A stretch of 64,000 bases of DNA from the IMG/VR virus record IMGVR_UViG_2923073944_000003, positions 1-64,000 of that record; one strand, 5' to 3'. This DNA is from an uncultured virus (IMG/VR IMGVR_UViG_2923073944_000003). Lineage: Duplodnaviria; Heunggongvirae; Uroviricota; Caudoviricetes. Below are positions 1-9,567 of the stretch, one piece after another; position 1 is the stretch's first letter, and each line of letters opens with the position of its first letter. The notes under the pieces are model-generated. The model was given only the letters and a program-made list of their open reading frames with translations, did no database searches and had not been told where the DNA came from. Made by a program: the position numbers and the translations under genes.

Positions 1-924
1 CTAACCCTCTTGAACCCTTGTCACATCAAGGGTTTTTTTCGTTTTAGGAATCATGTTATAAACAATATTCAAAATCACGGCGGTAAAGCTTCCGGCGACG
101 ATTCCGTTTGTGGTCAGCAGATTTAAGTAAGACGGCAGGTGCTTAAACATATCGGGAACGACGGTTACACCGAGTCCCAATCCGACCGAACACGCGACGA
201 TCAGAAGGTTTTCCTGCTTTTTAAAGTCAATTTGACTGAGCATTTTAATGCCATAGGAAATGACCATGCCGAACATGGCCACCATCGCGCCTCCCAGTAC
301 GGAAGACGGGATAATTGTCGTGAAGGCTGCGATTTTCGGAAAAAGGCCGAAGAGCATTAAAAGTGCGCCCGTGACACCGATAACCCCGTTTTTCTTAATT
401 CCTGTCAGCTGCACGAGGCCGACGTTTTGGGAATAAGCCGTGTACGGAAAAGCATTAAAAATGCCGCTGATGAATACCGCCAAGCCTTCCGCACGGTAGC
501 CTTTTGCTAAATCACGTTCAGACAGGCGCCGGTTTGTCAGGTCACCGAGAGCGAAATAGACGCCGGTTGATTCAACAAGGCTGACAATGGCAACGATGGA
601 CATCGTAATAATCGGTGCCGCATGAAATGTCGGCGTCCCGAAGTAAAACGGTTTAATCATTTGAATTGCGTCAGCATTCGCCACATTGTCAAATTGCACT
701 TTTCCCATAAAATATGCGATGGCCGTCCCGATGACAATGCCGATTAAAATCGAAATGGATTTCAAAAATCCTTTTGTAAACCGATAAAGCAGCACGATGA
801 TGACGAGCACCGTAAATCCGAGGGCAAGGTTAGCCGGATCACCGAAATCCTTGCTGCCTTCCCCGCCGGCAATATGATTCATCGCGACCGGCATTAAGGT
901 CATCCCGATAATCGTCACAAGCAT
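1..924 (-). pseudogene. pbuX: Xanthine permease PbuX, 3' part (split by prophage)
   Basis: NCS2 signature SQNVGLVQLTG; host-like higher GC; begins abruptly at (ML)VTIIG, so roughly the N-terminal 130 aa are missing. Confidence 0.9.
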
Positions 925-945
925 TATAGTTTAGGTACAACAAAA
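915..945. other. Prophage-host junction (att site)
   Basis: pbuX homology ends near 919-921 and AT-rich phage DNA starts; exact core cannot be fixed without the other end. Confidence 0.75.
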
Positions 946-975
946 AAAGAGCCGGTTTAATGGCTCTTTTCTTTT
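945..975. terminator. Intrinsic terminator at prophage end
   Basis: AAAAGAGCC-8 nt-GGCTCTTTT with A/T runs on both sides. Confidence 0.75.
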
Positions 976-1121
976 GCTAATAAATTAGACATTACTTCAT
1001 TCACTTTTAGGTTGACTTTCTTAATTGCTTCAGCTGATGGTTGATTCATGCTTTCAATCGTTATATGATATTTTTCTATTTCAAACGATTGCTTTGAAGA
1101 TGATTTAACGAATTCACTCAT
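957..1121 (-). CDS. 54-aa candidate recombination directionality factor (sprB position)
   Basis: Hand-translated MSEFVKSSSKQSFEIEKYHITIESMNQPSAEAIKKVNLKVNEVMSNLLAKEKSH; ATGA overlap with recU stop; last gene before att. Confidence 0.65.
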   Translation of the reverse strand: MSEFVKSSSKQSFEIEKYHITIESMNQPSAEAIKKVNLKVNEVMSNLLAKEKSH

Positions 1122-1672
1122 ACAGCGCTCACACTCTGCTGTTCTTTTTTAATCAAATCATTGCAAAGCTTGTTCAGATAATATGTATAGTTAACTTTTT
1201 TCTTCATCGAACGGACTTCTGTGCCGATCTCTTCGCAAATTGCAATTGGAATACTGGATTTGTTTACTTTATTCTTATATGTATGTGACAACTGATTTTC
1301 AGCTATGTTCTTATATGTAAGGAAATCATTAATATGTACGAAATAAACTTTGTTTTCCGGCTCTCTAAACTGAAATAGAAAACCAGGAATTATGTTTGGA
1401 TATTGCGTTGCCTCTTTTAAGTGTTTAATCTGTTGTGGCTTGATGATCTTTTCACTGAAAGATACAGACTTGTTCTTTGTTGATTTAAGTTCAAAAGGAA
1501 AAAGATAACCTTTAAAGTGCAGGAAACAATCGTATTTGTTTTTTGATACAGCTGCTCCCCTTTTCAAAAACATTGGGTTAACATCTTTAATTCTATAGAA
1601 GAACAGCTTTTGATCTGCAGCTGATTTTTCTATATTTGCTTCAAAAACCTTGCCTTGGTTTGTACCTCCCAA
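1118..1672 (-). CDS. yotM: RecU-like Holliday junction resolvase
   Basis: NQGKVFE, YDC..FELKST, HQ-like PQQIKHL motifs; synteny. Confidence 0.85.
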   Translation of the reverse strand: MGGTNQGKVFEANIEKSAADQKLFFYRIKDVNPMFLKRGAAVSKNKYDCFLHFKGYLFPFELKSTKNKSVSFSEKIIKPQQIKHLKEATQYPNIIPGFLFQFREPENKVYFVHINDFLTYKNIAENQLSHTYKNKVNKSSIPIAICEEIGTEVRSMKKKVNYTYYLNKLCNDLIKKEQQSVSAV

Positions 1673-1769
1673 TCAATCACTCTCCTAAAATATTGAAACT
1701 AAAATTGAAATTAGAATAAACCTTTGCTACACTGTTTTATGTTAATTAATATTGAAAGAAGTGTTCGAA

Positions 1770-2009
1770 ATGAAGCAATGGACACCCCTGCGCCCTCGTT
1801 TAAATGAATTAATGTTTGAATATGACCTCACAGTTGATGACCTTTTCAAACGCACAGGATACCCCAGACAACGTATCCACGATTATATAAGTGGAGCTAA
1901 AGCAAACATGAACTTGGCTACGGGCATGACTTTTGCTGATGCCATTGGTTGCTCAATTGAAGAGTTGTACGAATGGAACCATGAAGAAAGAAGAAAAGTT
2001 AAATCTTAA
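1770..2009 (+). CDS. yotL: XRE-family HTH regulator
   Basis: HTH ending ADAIGCSIEELY; synteny. Confidence 0.8.
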   Translation: MKQWTPLRPRLNELMFEYDLTVDDLFKRTGYPRQRIHDYISGAKANMNLATGMTFADAIGCSIEELYEWNHEERRKVKS

Positions 2010-2190
2010 TCCCTTTCCGAGCCCACCTGATTTCCTGCATTAATTCTTCATTGTTATCTGAAAGGTTGATTAGGTTACGGTGGGCTCTTTCGTATTCTTT
2101 GTTCTCGAGAGCTTCTTTCACCGTACCCATTTGTCTTTCCATTTTGTTGAACAGTATTTGAATAGTTTTATATTCTTCAGCTATTACCAT
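1999..2190 (-). CDS. yotK: Hypothetical phage protein
   Basis: ORF with RBS; synteny. Confidence 0.6.
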   Translation of the reverse strand: MVIAEEYKTIQILFNKMERQMGTVKEALENKEYERAHRNLINLSDNNEELMQEIRWARKGIKI

Positions 2191-2253
2191 CCACCTCTAA
2201 TTCTCTTATTTTATTTTTATCCTAAAATTAGTTTTAATCTAACTTGTAAATTG

Positions 2254-2685
2254 TCACATCGTAGCCCCGAAAATGGATTCGATCATTTTGTTTACCTCAT
2301 TCCAATTTCGACCTGCCAAACCGCACCCGATTCCATAAGGCAAGGCAATGGATCTTCTATTTGTCATGGCTGAGGTTTTAATTAGCTCTAAGCCACACTT
2401 TAAAGCCTCATAGTCAGTGAATACCCTTCCTCTTCCATAAGAGAGTTGTCCAAAGATATGGGCGATAATCTTTCCGTCATGCTCTTTTACTTCTCGAACC
2501 TTTCCCAACAAGTCAGGCTTGTACACTACGTTGTCGCACATGTATTTATAAACTCTGTATGCAGATGGATACTTTTCTTTGATTTGCTTCGCCAATCCAG
2601 CCCCCATAACTCCTTGACAATTTACTTGATGACAAATAATATCTTCAGAGGCATTTAAAATATTGCCATTTACAACTTTAATCAA
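2254..2685 (-). CDS. Macro domain (Poa1p/TARG1/DarG-like) protein, probable C-terminal frameshift
   Basis: CHQVNCQGVMGAGLAKQI and IALPYGIGCGLAG motifs. Confidence 0.85.
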   Translation of the reverse strand: MIKVVNGNILNASEDIICHQVNCQGVMGAGLAKQIKEKYPSAYRVYKYMCDNVVYKPDLLGKVREVKEHDGKIIAHIFGQLSYGRGRVFTDYEALKCGLELIKTSAMTNRRSIALPYGIGCGLAGRNWNEVNKMIESIFGATM

Positions 2686-3355
2686 AAAACCATTCCTTTC
2701 TTTTTAAAAATAGTTGAGAATTTATTTTTTTGAGTTCTGTTAAGAAAACTAATTTTCTAAGTATCTTATACATATTTGAGCTATTGACTCGGATAAACAT
2801 CATATCCTTGTCGTTTATATGATCTAAAATGCCATTTTGTCTATGATTATCATTTATTGCAACCGAATTGCGCTTATGATATTCTTCATCGTACTCAATA
2901 AATATTTTTAATTCAGGTATAAATAAATCAACAAAATAGTTTAACACCCTATATTGTGGTTCAACTTTTATGCTTGGCATTAATTTTTTCATTAAAGTGA
3001 TAAACTGATTTTCAGAAAAAGTCTTTGGCATATATCTTTCCTTATCATTATCACTCATGTAATCTAGCATTTGAGTTGCTTTTATGTAATTTTTTCTTGT
3101 ACACGTCTTAAGAAGTTCTAATACAACCTCTCTAGACACTACATACATCTTTTGTTGTTTATTTTGTGAATTAATATAGAACGATGTTTTTATAAATTCA
3201 TTTGGACTATTTAGTGATATCAGCATTCTTTCAGCTATAAGTCTTACTTTTTTCAATATATCTTTATGATCGTTATCCAATCTTCTTGAAATTTCAAGAG
3301 TGCTTATGTAAAAGGATTCCGCCTCAGAAATAGACTCTTTCTCTTTACTATCCAT
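2678..3355 (-). CDS. Rha-like N-terminus fused to DUF559/PD-(D/E)xK-like nuclease domain
   Basis: ISTLEISRRLDNDHKDILKKVR; QYRVLNYFVDLFIPELKIFIEYDEEYH. Confidence 0.7.
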   Translation of the reverse strand: MDSKEKESISEAESFYISTLEISRRLDNDHKDILKKVRLIAERMLISLNSPNEFIKTSFYINSQNKQQKMYVVSREVVLELLKTCTRKNYIKATQMLDYMSDNDKERYMPKTFSENQFITLMKKLMPSIKVEPQYRVLNYFVDLFIPELKIFIEYDEEYHKRNSVAINDNHRQNGILDHINDKDMMFIRVNSSNMYKILRKLVFLTELKKINSQLFLKRKEWFFD

Positions 3356-3358
3356 TGA

Positions 3359-3523
3359 TTAGGAAAATTCCTCTCCTTTCCTCAAAAGCTCGTTTAAACG
3401 CTCAACTTCAGCAACCAACCATTCAGCATAACTAATGTGAATTTTTATCACCCTTGTTGATCTAAATTGTCTAGACATTACTTCAACAAATTTCTTAACT
3501 TCATCAAATTCAATCTCTTTCAT
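3359..3523 (-). CDS. 54-aa hypothetical protein
   Basis: Hand-translated MKEIEFDEVK...; RBS AAGGGGG. Confidence 0.55.
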   Translation of the reverse strand: MKEIEFDEVKKFVEVMSRQFRSTRVIKIHISYAEWLVAEVERLNELLRKGEEFS

Positions 3524-3572
3524 TAAACTTACCCCCTTCTAAATGAAATCAACATTTTAACTAGTTCTTTAC

Positions 3573-3806
3573 CTAAACCTCATTATGGACACCTGTTAAT
3601 TTCTCATAAAAAGACTCGTCGCATCCGCAATAAGGGCATACTTTTATCTCTTCGTTAAAACCATCGTAGTCCTGAACTGTCTGAGCTCGAGGCTTACTAA
3701 ATAGATGTCCGTTATGGCATTTGTAACAATGATCCTCGTGTCCTTTCCCGATCAATATTAAAATAGACAATACGAAAAGCGTGCTTATTAAAATTATAAA
3801 AGTCAC
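3573..3806 (-). CDS. Small membrane-anchored Zn-ribbon protein
   Basis: N-terminal hydrophobic helix; CHNGH and CPYC. Confidence 0.55.
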   Translation of the reverse strand: MTFIILISTLFVLSILILIGKGHEDHCYKCHNGHLFSKPRAQTVQDYDGFNEEIKVCPYCGCDESFYEKLTGVHNEV

Positions 3807-3903
3807 TTCCTTTCGGGTTATTTACAGGACTGTTGACGATGTGGGGACTGCTTTCGTACTTAAAAGCTCCCTGTATAAAATTTGAAAGCTCTTTGCTGCT
3901 CTT

Positions 3904-4203
3904 TTAAATGCTACTATCTATTTCTTCAATATCGTTTCCTTCGCATTTTGGACAATCAAAATCTGTTTCATCACCAGTCCAAGCATAACCGCAATCATTG
4001 CATTGCCATGTACAAGTGTGCTGATGTTCATTTTTATGTTCTTCTTTTTGTGCGCGCATATTTCTTACCAAATTCATAAATTCAGAGAACTCACCATACC
4101 CTTGACTTCCCCACGTAAAGTCATTTAATAACCGTTCATTTGTTTTTGATAAATATTCATCTAATTTACCCACGCCATCCCTCTTTCTTGTACGAAGTCT
4201 CAA
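3904..4203 (-). CDS. Zn-ribbon hypothetical protein (start probably downstream)
   Basis: CNDC...CPKC. Confidence 0.55.
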   Translation of the reverse strand: MRLRTRKRDGVGKLDEYLSKTNERLLNDFTWGSQGYGEFSEFMNLVRNMRAQKEEHKNEHQHTCTWQCNDCGYAWTGDETDFDCPKCEGNDIEEIDSSI

Positions 4204-4334
4204 AGTAAGAAGAAACTTTTGTTGTTGCAGTTAAATAACATGTTTTGCAAAAATACCAATAAAAAATTCCGTATGAGTGTTTTTGCAAATGCCCAAAATG
4301 AAAACATTTATCGCATTTCCCATACGACATGGTT

Positions 4335-4574
4335 TCACTTTTCAAAGTCATCAAGATCGATTCCATAAATGCTCTCAATCCAATCTTTAATTATGTGATA
4401 CCATCCTCCAAGAAGGCCATTCCACGCTAGAACATCTCTAAACACTTCCGAGTTCGTCATTTCTAAAATTTCTTTATCCATGGCGCCGTCTTTCTTTTCT
4501 AAACCCTCTCTCTGTCTTACATACTGAATAATACTAATTGGGTACTTTTCTTCTAACAGTTTTGTGTAATCCAT
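4335..4574 (-). CDS. Hypothetical phage protein
   Basis: ORF with RBS. Confidence 0.6.
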   Translation of the reverse strand: MDYTKLLEEKYPISIIQYVRQREGLEKKDGAMDKEILEMTNSEVFRDVLAWNGLLGGWYHIIKDWIESIYGIDLDDFEK

Positions 4575-4612
4575 ATCATTTCCCCTCTCTGGATAAAATC
4601 AGAAAAAACATT

Positions 4613-4978
4613 TTATCTTGAAACGTATTCGAAACACCCATCCAATACCTTTTTCAATAAGTATCTCTGTCCCCAAATACCCCACGTATCTCTATCTCCT
4701 GTATGCCACCCGCCGCACTCTGTAGGATAATGATCAAAGAACAGCATATTTTCTTCTTCTTTTGTCAACTCAACCAAAGGAAAGTAAAATCCTTTAGGGA
4801 ATGAATTTAAGACCTCTCCTAATGCTTCATATTCAGGATGTAAAGGGCGTGCATGCGATGGTACTTCTCCAAACTTGTTTATACCCAGTGAATTATATGA
4901 CCCATTAGGATTCTTATAAATAATCCACGATTCAACTCTATTTCGAGTCTTCTTCTTTATTCTCTTATTCAAAACCAT
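4613..4978 (-). CDS. Hypothetical phage protein
   Basis: ORF with RBS. Confidence 0.6.
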   Translation of the reverse strand: MVLNKRIKKKTRNRVESWIIYKNPNGSYNSLGINKFGEVPSHARPLHPEYEALGEVLNSFPKGFYFPLVELTKEEENMLFFDHYPTECGGWHTGDRDTWGIWGQRYLLKKVLDGCFEYVSR

Positions 4979-5020
4979 AACCCCCTTTTCAATCGCTTTA
5001 GAGATTAAACCAATATTTTA

Positions 5021-5230
5021 TCAATCTAAGCGTAGTTTCGTTGTTTTTCTATCTATTTTTGCTGTTGTGAAATCAACATTTAAGCCATTAAGAATCTCAC
5101 CAACTTCATTTAATATGCTGTTATCTACAACGGTAGCACTTTCTTTTGACATTTCCTTAATTGCTTTTGAAACATTAAACATATTATCACTCCCCCTTTT
5201 AAATAAAATTAGAATTTCATTTGACCTCAA
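5021..5230 (-). CDS. Small hypothetical protein (likely start at MFNVSK)
   Basis: RBS AGGGGAG before internal ATG. Confidence 0.5.
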   Translation of the reverse strand: MRSNEILILFKRGSDNMFNVSKAIKEMSKESATVVDNSILNEVGEILNGLNVDFTTAKIDRKTTKLRLD

Positions 5231-5864
5231 ATGTCTTCAGCTCAAACGTTTTATACGTATCAACTTGATTGCCTGGTATCTCATTTACTCTTGGGTACAT
5301 ATCGTAGTCATACGGATATCCAATGCAGTTCATGTGAAAGCTCGTTCCTTCTTTATCAAACTCGGCTTGTAAATGGTCGTGTCCACAAACCCAATGTTCA
5401 GCATTAATGAAAGGCAAATCGACCATATAGCAGCTGTTAGGCTCAAATGGTGAATATGGATTGTGAACAGGAGGGACATGCGAAACAAATACATCAATGT
5501 GAGTGTTTTGAAGGGTATCATACCAGTCCATTGATTCTTTCCACATTGCTCTTACCGCATCTTCTTTGCTGTATCCATTAAGACTGATATAGTTTGAGTC
5601 ATTTGAGACTCCTTTGAAGAAATCCCATCCTTCTTTTCCTTTAGGAAGATACCACATAACATCTCCAGCAAAGATTTTCCCTTTGTATGTATCCGTTGAC
5701 TTTATCAATGGAGTGACATTCTTGATATCTGCAGCCTTTTGAATTAAATCATTTAACCTTCCCAATGAATCTGAGTATTTTCGTTGCTGATTTTTGCTGA
5801 GTAAATAAAGATCATGATTACCATACGTGAAATATACCCTTTCATATTGCTTCGCTACTTCATC
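5217..5864 (-). pseudogene. yotB: Metallophosphoesterase YotB, 5'-truncated
   Basis: Frame reads [18 protein letters not shown]...SHVPP...CGHDH; the DxH and GD motifs and the start codon are absent. Confidence 0.75.
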
Positions 5865-6802
5865 CCCCTTTCTTTTAAGTACATAAACAATTGCATATAA
5901 TTGTTGTTAGTGTATCCATATGTATTATGAAAATGTTCATGGCAAGAATCACACAAGGTCAACCCGTTATCAACTTCTAGTCGAATATCTTTATGCTCCA
6001 TATAATTATAGATATGGTGAGCAGTTAAATATTTTTTCTTTTTAAGCCAGCATTTTTGACATGTGTAATCATCCCTCTGTAGAACTTTCTTTCTCCACTG
6101 TAAATATTCATGATACTTTCTGTCATTTATCCTCTGAGTATCAGTTTTATTCTTATTCCACCTCGGATTACCTTCTCTAAATCGACTCTTCCTATAGCAC
6201 TGCTGGCATCCCCCTCCTTGTTGAAAATAGTTCCACGCAATTTCTCCATAGTGTCCATTCTCACATTTAAAAGCTAACTTGCTCTTTTCGTTGGCGTATT
6301 CATTTGATAAGAGCAATAGGTTTTTCTTTAAGAATTCCTCTTTAATATAATCAATGCTCAATTTCAGGCTTTCCTGATGACATTTTAAACATTTAGATCC
6401 ATTATTAATTTGAGACCACAATTTTGTTGATTTATGACCATTCTTTAAACAGATCAAATCAACTTTACCTTTTACACCTTTGTATTCTGATGTTAAAATA
6501 AATCCTCTTTCCCTTGCTTTACCCTTATAATAAGAATGGCTATGTCTTTTACATTCGTATTTTTTATTTTTGTACAACCGGTTAAATTCCTCATATTTAA
6601 CCGACTTAACATTTGTGCATTTCTCTTTATCACAAGAAACTAAAACCGTTTTTTCAGAAGTAAGTGGTAAATGATAATATGGCACATGAAATTTATCCCT
6701 CCAGAAGGTAAATTCATATCCTAGTTTTTGATAATGGCTCGATGTCATAGGATTCCAACTGACCTCAATCTTTTGTTCTTTAATAATTCCTATACATTTC
6801 AC
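5855..6802 (-). CDS. Free-standing HNH endonuclease with Zn-ribbon repeats
   Basis: RDDYTCQKC...AHHI...[10 protein letters not shown]; two C-x-NGH...CxxC repeats. Confidence 0.85.
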   Translation of the reverse strand: MKCIGIIKEQKIEVSWNPMTSSHYQKLGYEFTFWRDKFHVPYYHLPLTSEKTVLVSCDKEKCTNVKSVKYEEFNRLYKNKKYECKRHSHSYYKGKARERGFILTSEYKGVKGKVDLICLKNGHKSTKLWSQINNGSKCLKCHQESLKLSIDYIKEEFLKKNLLLLSNEYANEKSKLAFKCENGHYGEIAWNYFQQGGGCQQCYRKSRFREGNPRWNKNKTDTQRINDRKYHEYLQWRKKVLQRDDYTCQKCWLKKKKYLTAHHIYNYMEHKDIRLEVDNGLTLCDSCHEHFHNTYGYTNNNYMQLFMYLKERGMK

Positions 6803-6920
6803 TCCTTTGTTTATTGTTCATGATCACAAAACGTTTAGTTCGATTAGCTCAACAAAGTATGAATGGCCAATTTCATTAATTTATGAGGGGAGCAATTCCC
6901 TCTCTCTATATGCTCCTTTC

Positions 6921-7226
6921 CTAAACCCGTACACCTAGATCATCAAAACTGCTAAATTCTTTTCTCAACCATTTATTAATTTTTTCTCTGACCTCTGTGT
7001 CATTCCATCCCCATTCTTCTGCTAGCAAATGAATATCTCTCGGCAGGTGTTTATGTATTTGAACCGCAGATGTTGGGTCTGGTTTTTTGCCATAGTAATC
7101 ATAATAACAATCGAAAATCTGGTCATACGCATCTTCGTCTATCCACAAATAATGACAAACGGCACATCCTGAAATTCCCTTTGGACAAGGTATTTTAATC
7201 CTATACCTGCCATTGATTTTCTCCAT
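6921..7226 (-). CDS. Hypothetical phage protein
   Basis: ORF with RBS. Confidence 0.65.
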   Translation of the reverse strand: MEKINGRYRIKIPCPKGISGCAVCHYLWIDEDAYDQIFDCYYDYYGKKPDPTSAVQIHKHLPRDIHLLAEEWGWNDTEVREKINKWLRKEFSSFDDLGVRV

Positions 7227-7443
7227 AGCTACTGCTCCTTCCCATAAAATACAGATTTTATATTAACTTAGTCGTAATAACTAATTTCTTTTTTATCCAT
7301 CACTTTTCGGATTATTCGCTCATGCTTCGATCGCTTTCTTTTATCGCTGCCTTTCACTCTTGGTTTTTCAAACATTCCATCGCAAGTCCAATCATATCCG
7401 CTATACTTTTTAAACACCTCCGTCTTCAGGCGTCTATGATACG

Positions 7444-8163
7444 TCACTCACCTCCCACCTCTTCACCTGAGTCGTTGATGATTTTTACATAATGCGATGG
7501 GTACTGTATAATCCTACCCGGCAAATGCACATTTAGACTTCCTGCTTTTAAAGAAATAACCGGCTTTTTCTCTATTTCTCCGCTATCTAATGTAACTTCT
7601 ATAACATCGCCTACACGAACCTCAGTCGGCTGCGGAGCGTTCAAGTATTCGTCTGGCACCGCCAAGCATAGCGCACGTCTTAGCGCAATCGCCTTTCCGA
7701 TGTGAACGTTGAAGCAGTCGTTAGGTGCGGCTTTGGCGATTCCTTTTGCGTAGACTTTACCGGAATACTCCCCTTTAATTAGCGCAACAACGGTACGTTT
7801 GATACGATTAAGAACGAAATAAACGACGCGATCTAACGCGTTATTCGTGATCCGTTTTTCAACGTCCGCCTTCGCCTGCTCAACGATTTCATCACGGCGG
7901 GCTTGGGCGCTAACAATCGGAGCCTGACCTTGTGTAGCGACTTTCTTCATTTCCTCGTTGTGGAGAAACGCAGTATATTCAATTGTCTGCGGAATCACGA
8001 GGACATCTTTTCGTTCGTTTGCGTAGGCTTTTACGAATGCTTCCGAATATGGCGCCCCGATTAGAATATCGCCGAACCTCGACTTGCTTCCGATATAATC
8101 CTCGCCTACCTTTTCGAATACTGTGCTCGCACTATCAATAGCCGTTTGATTCACGCTTTCCAT
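7444..8163 (-). CDS. Conserved phage protein (GIAK..P.D.FNVHIGKAIALRRA motif)
   Basis: ORF with RBS; higher GC than neighbours. Confidence 0.65.
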   Translation of the reverse strand: MESVNQTAIDSASTVFEKVGEDYIGSKSRFGDILIGAPYSEAFVKAYANERKDVLVIPQTIEYTAFLHNEEMKKVATQGQAPIVSAQARRDEIVEQAKADVEKRITNNALDRVVYFVLNRIKRTVVALIKGEYSGKVYAKGIAKAAPNDCFNVHIGKAIALRRALCLAVPDEYLNAPQPTEVRVGDVIEVTLDSGEIEKKPVISLKAGSLNVHLPGRIIQYPSHYVKIINDSGEEVGGE

Positions 8164-8507
8164 TCCTTATCTCCTCCACTTACAATTAAATTAATTTGAT
8201 CCTCAATTTCCTCAATAAACCCCTCTAAAGCTGCTTCATCAACCATAACTCGTTCATCATGGACTTTGATAATTTCTTTCATTCGGTCATCCATATTTCT
8301 AATTTCTTCTGCTTGCTGCACAGTAAACATTGCTCTGTATTTCTTTATGTATAAAAGAAAATCTTTGAGTACACCGATCTCCCCAATTTTGTGGAGATTG
8401 GAATCTTCTTGTTCCACTTCTAGCCGGAGTAAAGCTATTTCCTTTTCTAAAACATCAACTTCAAGCTGTTCTTTCTTTGACAACAATTCTCGCTCTTTTT
8501 GCTGCAA
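8151..8507 (-). CDS. Coiled-coil hypothetical protein
   Basis: ORF with RBS AAGGAGG. Confidence 0.6.
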   Translation of the reverse strand: MQQKERELLSKKEQLEVDVLEKEIALLRLEVEQEDSNLHKIGEIGVLKDFLLYIKKYRAMFTVQQAEEIRNMDDRMKEIIKVHDERVMVDEAALEGFIEEIEDQINLIVSGGDKEWKA

Positions 8508-8566
8508 TCCGTCACCTCCTTATAAGGATTAAATATGTATTCACAATGTGAATGTGGATTATGGTT

Positions 8567-8989
8567 TTAAACTGATTCATACTGTAAATGCTTGTTTTTC
8601 TTTTTGCTAATTTTATACTCTGCAATTTTTAGTGATTCAAGAGTCCATCCGTTATTGTTTAAGCTGCCGAAAAGCGTGTTCAGTAATTGGAGCTCTTGTT
8701 TTAGGCTTCTTCGCTTTCTCAATATCTTTTGACCTTTTAACGAAAGGTGATATCCCTCTGAAGCATTAAATTTGTTCTCTTCTAGCTTGTGATAAAATTC
8801 ATTGAGCTCTTTATCAACTTTCCCTAGCTCTTTATAAAGGTTATCAATTTCATTTTGAAGTCGTTGTTTAGTCTCCTCAATTGCTACAAGAGGTTTTGAA
8901 ATGGAAACAAGGTATTCTGTTGCAGTTTTCATATCGTCACTCCTATTTGTTATTTTATTTTTATTCTTAAAGTATGTAAAAAAAGACAA
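8567..8989 (-). CDS. Coiled-coil hypothetical protein (likely start at MKTAT)
   Basis: RBS AGGAG before internal ATG. Confidence 0.6.
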   Translation of the reverse strand: MSFFTYFKNKNKITNRSDDMKTATEYLVSISKPLVAIEETKQRLQNEIDNLYKELGKVDKELNEFYHKLEENKFNASEGYHLSLKGQKILRKRRSLKQELQLLNTLFGSLNNNGWTLESLKIAEYKISKKKNKHLQYESV

Positions 8990-9006
8990 GCTTTTAACTT
9001 GTCTTT

Positions 9007-9057
9007 ATCTTATCATTCAACTTCTCAAAAGTCTATAACTATTTTATTTTTATTCTT
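9007..9057 (-). promoter_or_regulatory. SPbeta repeated element with sigA promoter
   Basis: AGAATAAAAATAAAATAGTTA-TAGACT-17 nt-TAAGAT. Confidence 0.7.
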
Positions 9058-9060
9058 AAT

Positions 9061-9567
9061 TTATTTTGAGTAAGTCACAAATGAATAATTAAATGTGGTA
9101 TTGTTGTGTGCTTTCCTGTGATCCTTTTCAATTACTCTCCAATCATCATTTAACCTTGGAAAATATGAATCTGCCTTCTCAGCAACTGAGTCAACAATCG
9201 TCAAATAAACCTTATCAGCATGTGGCAAGAATGCCTCGTATATAGTGCCTCCTCCGATGACCATTACTTCTTCATCTGTATCCAATTGTCCTCGTATGAG
9301 CTTTAATACATCATCAATCGAATGATAAACAAATGAAGAATGATCAGGCTTGAAATCCTTATTTTTAGTCAATATGATATTCCTTCGATTTTGAAGTGAT
9401 TTACCTGTAATATTTACGATCGATTCGTATGTAAGCCTTCCCTGTATACACAGCTTTCCTGTAGTGAGTTCTTTAAAACGTTTCATGTCTTCAGGAATAT
9501 GGTACAGCAAATTATTCTCATACCCGATGGCCATTGATTTGTCGCAGCAAGCAATAAGAGATAGCAT
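9061..9567 (-). CDS. dfrA: Dihydrofolate reductase
   Basis: IGYENNL, GRLTYES, VIGGGTIY, ADSYFP. Confidence 0.93.
   Translation of the reverse strand: MLSLIACCDKSMAIGYENNLLYHIPEDMKRFKELTTGKLCIQGRLTYESIVNITGKSLQNRRNIILTKNKDFKPDHSSFVYHSIDDVLKLIRGQLDTDEEVMVIGGGTIYEAFLPHADKVYLTIVDSVAEKADSYFPRLNDDWRVIEKDHRKAHNNTTFNYSFVTYSK

Noticed and set aside
2221..4616. Palindrome-like sites at 2223 (4-bp spacer) and 4593 (12-bp spacer)
   Set aside because: The spacer is not 6 bp, so they were left out of the count; they may be degenerate copies
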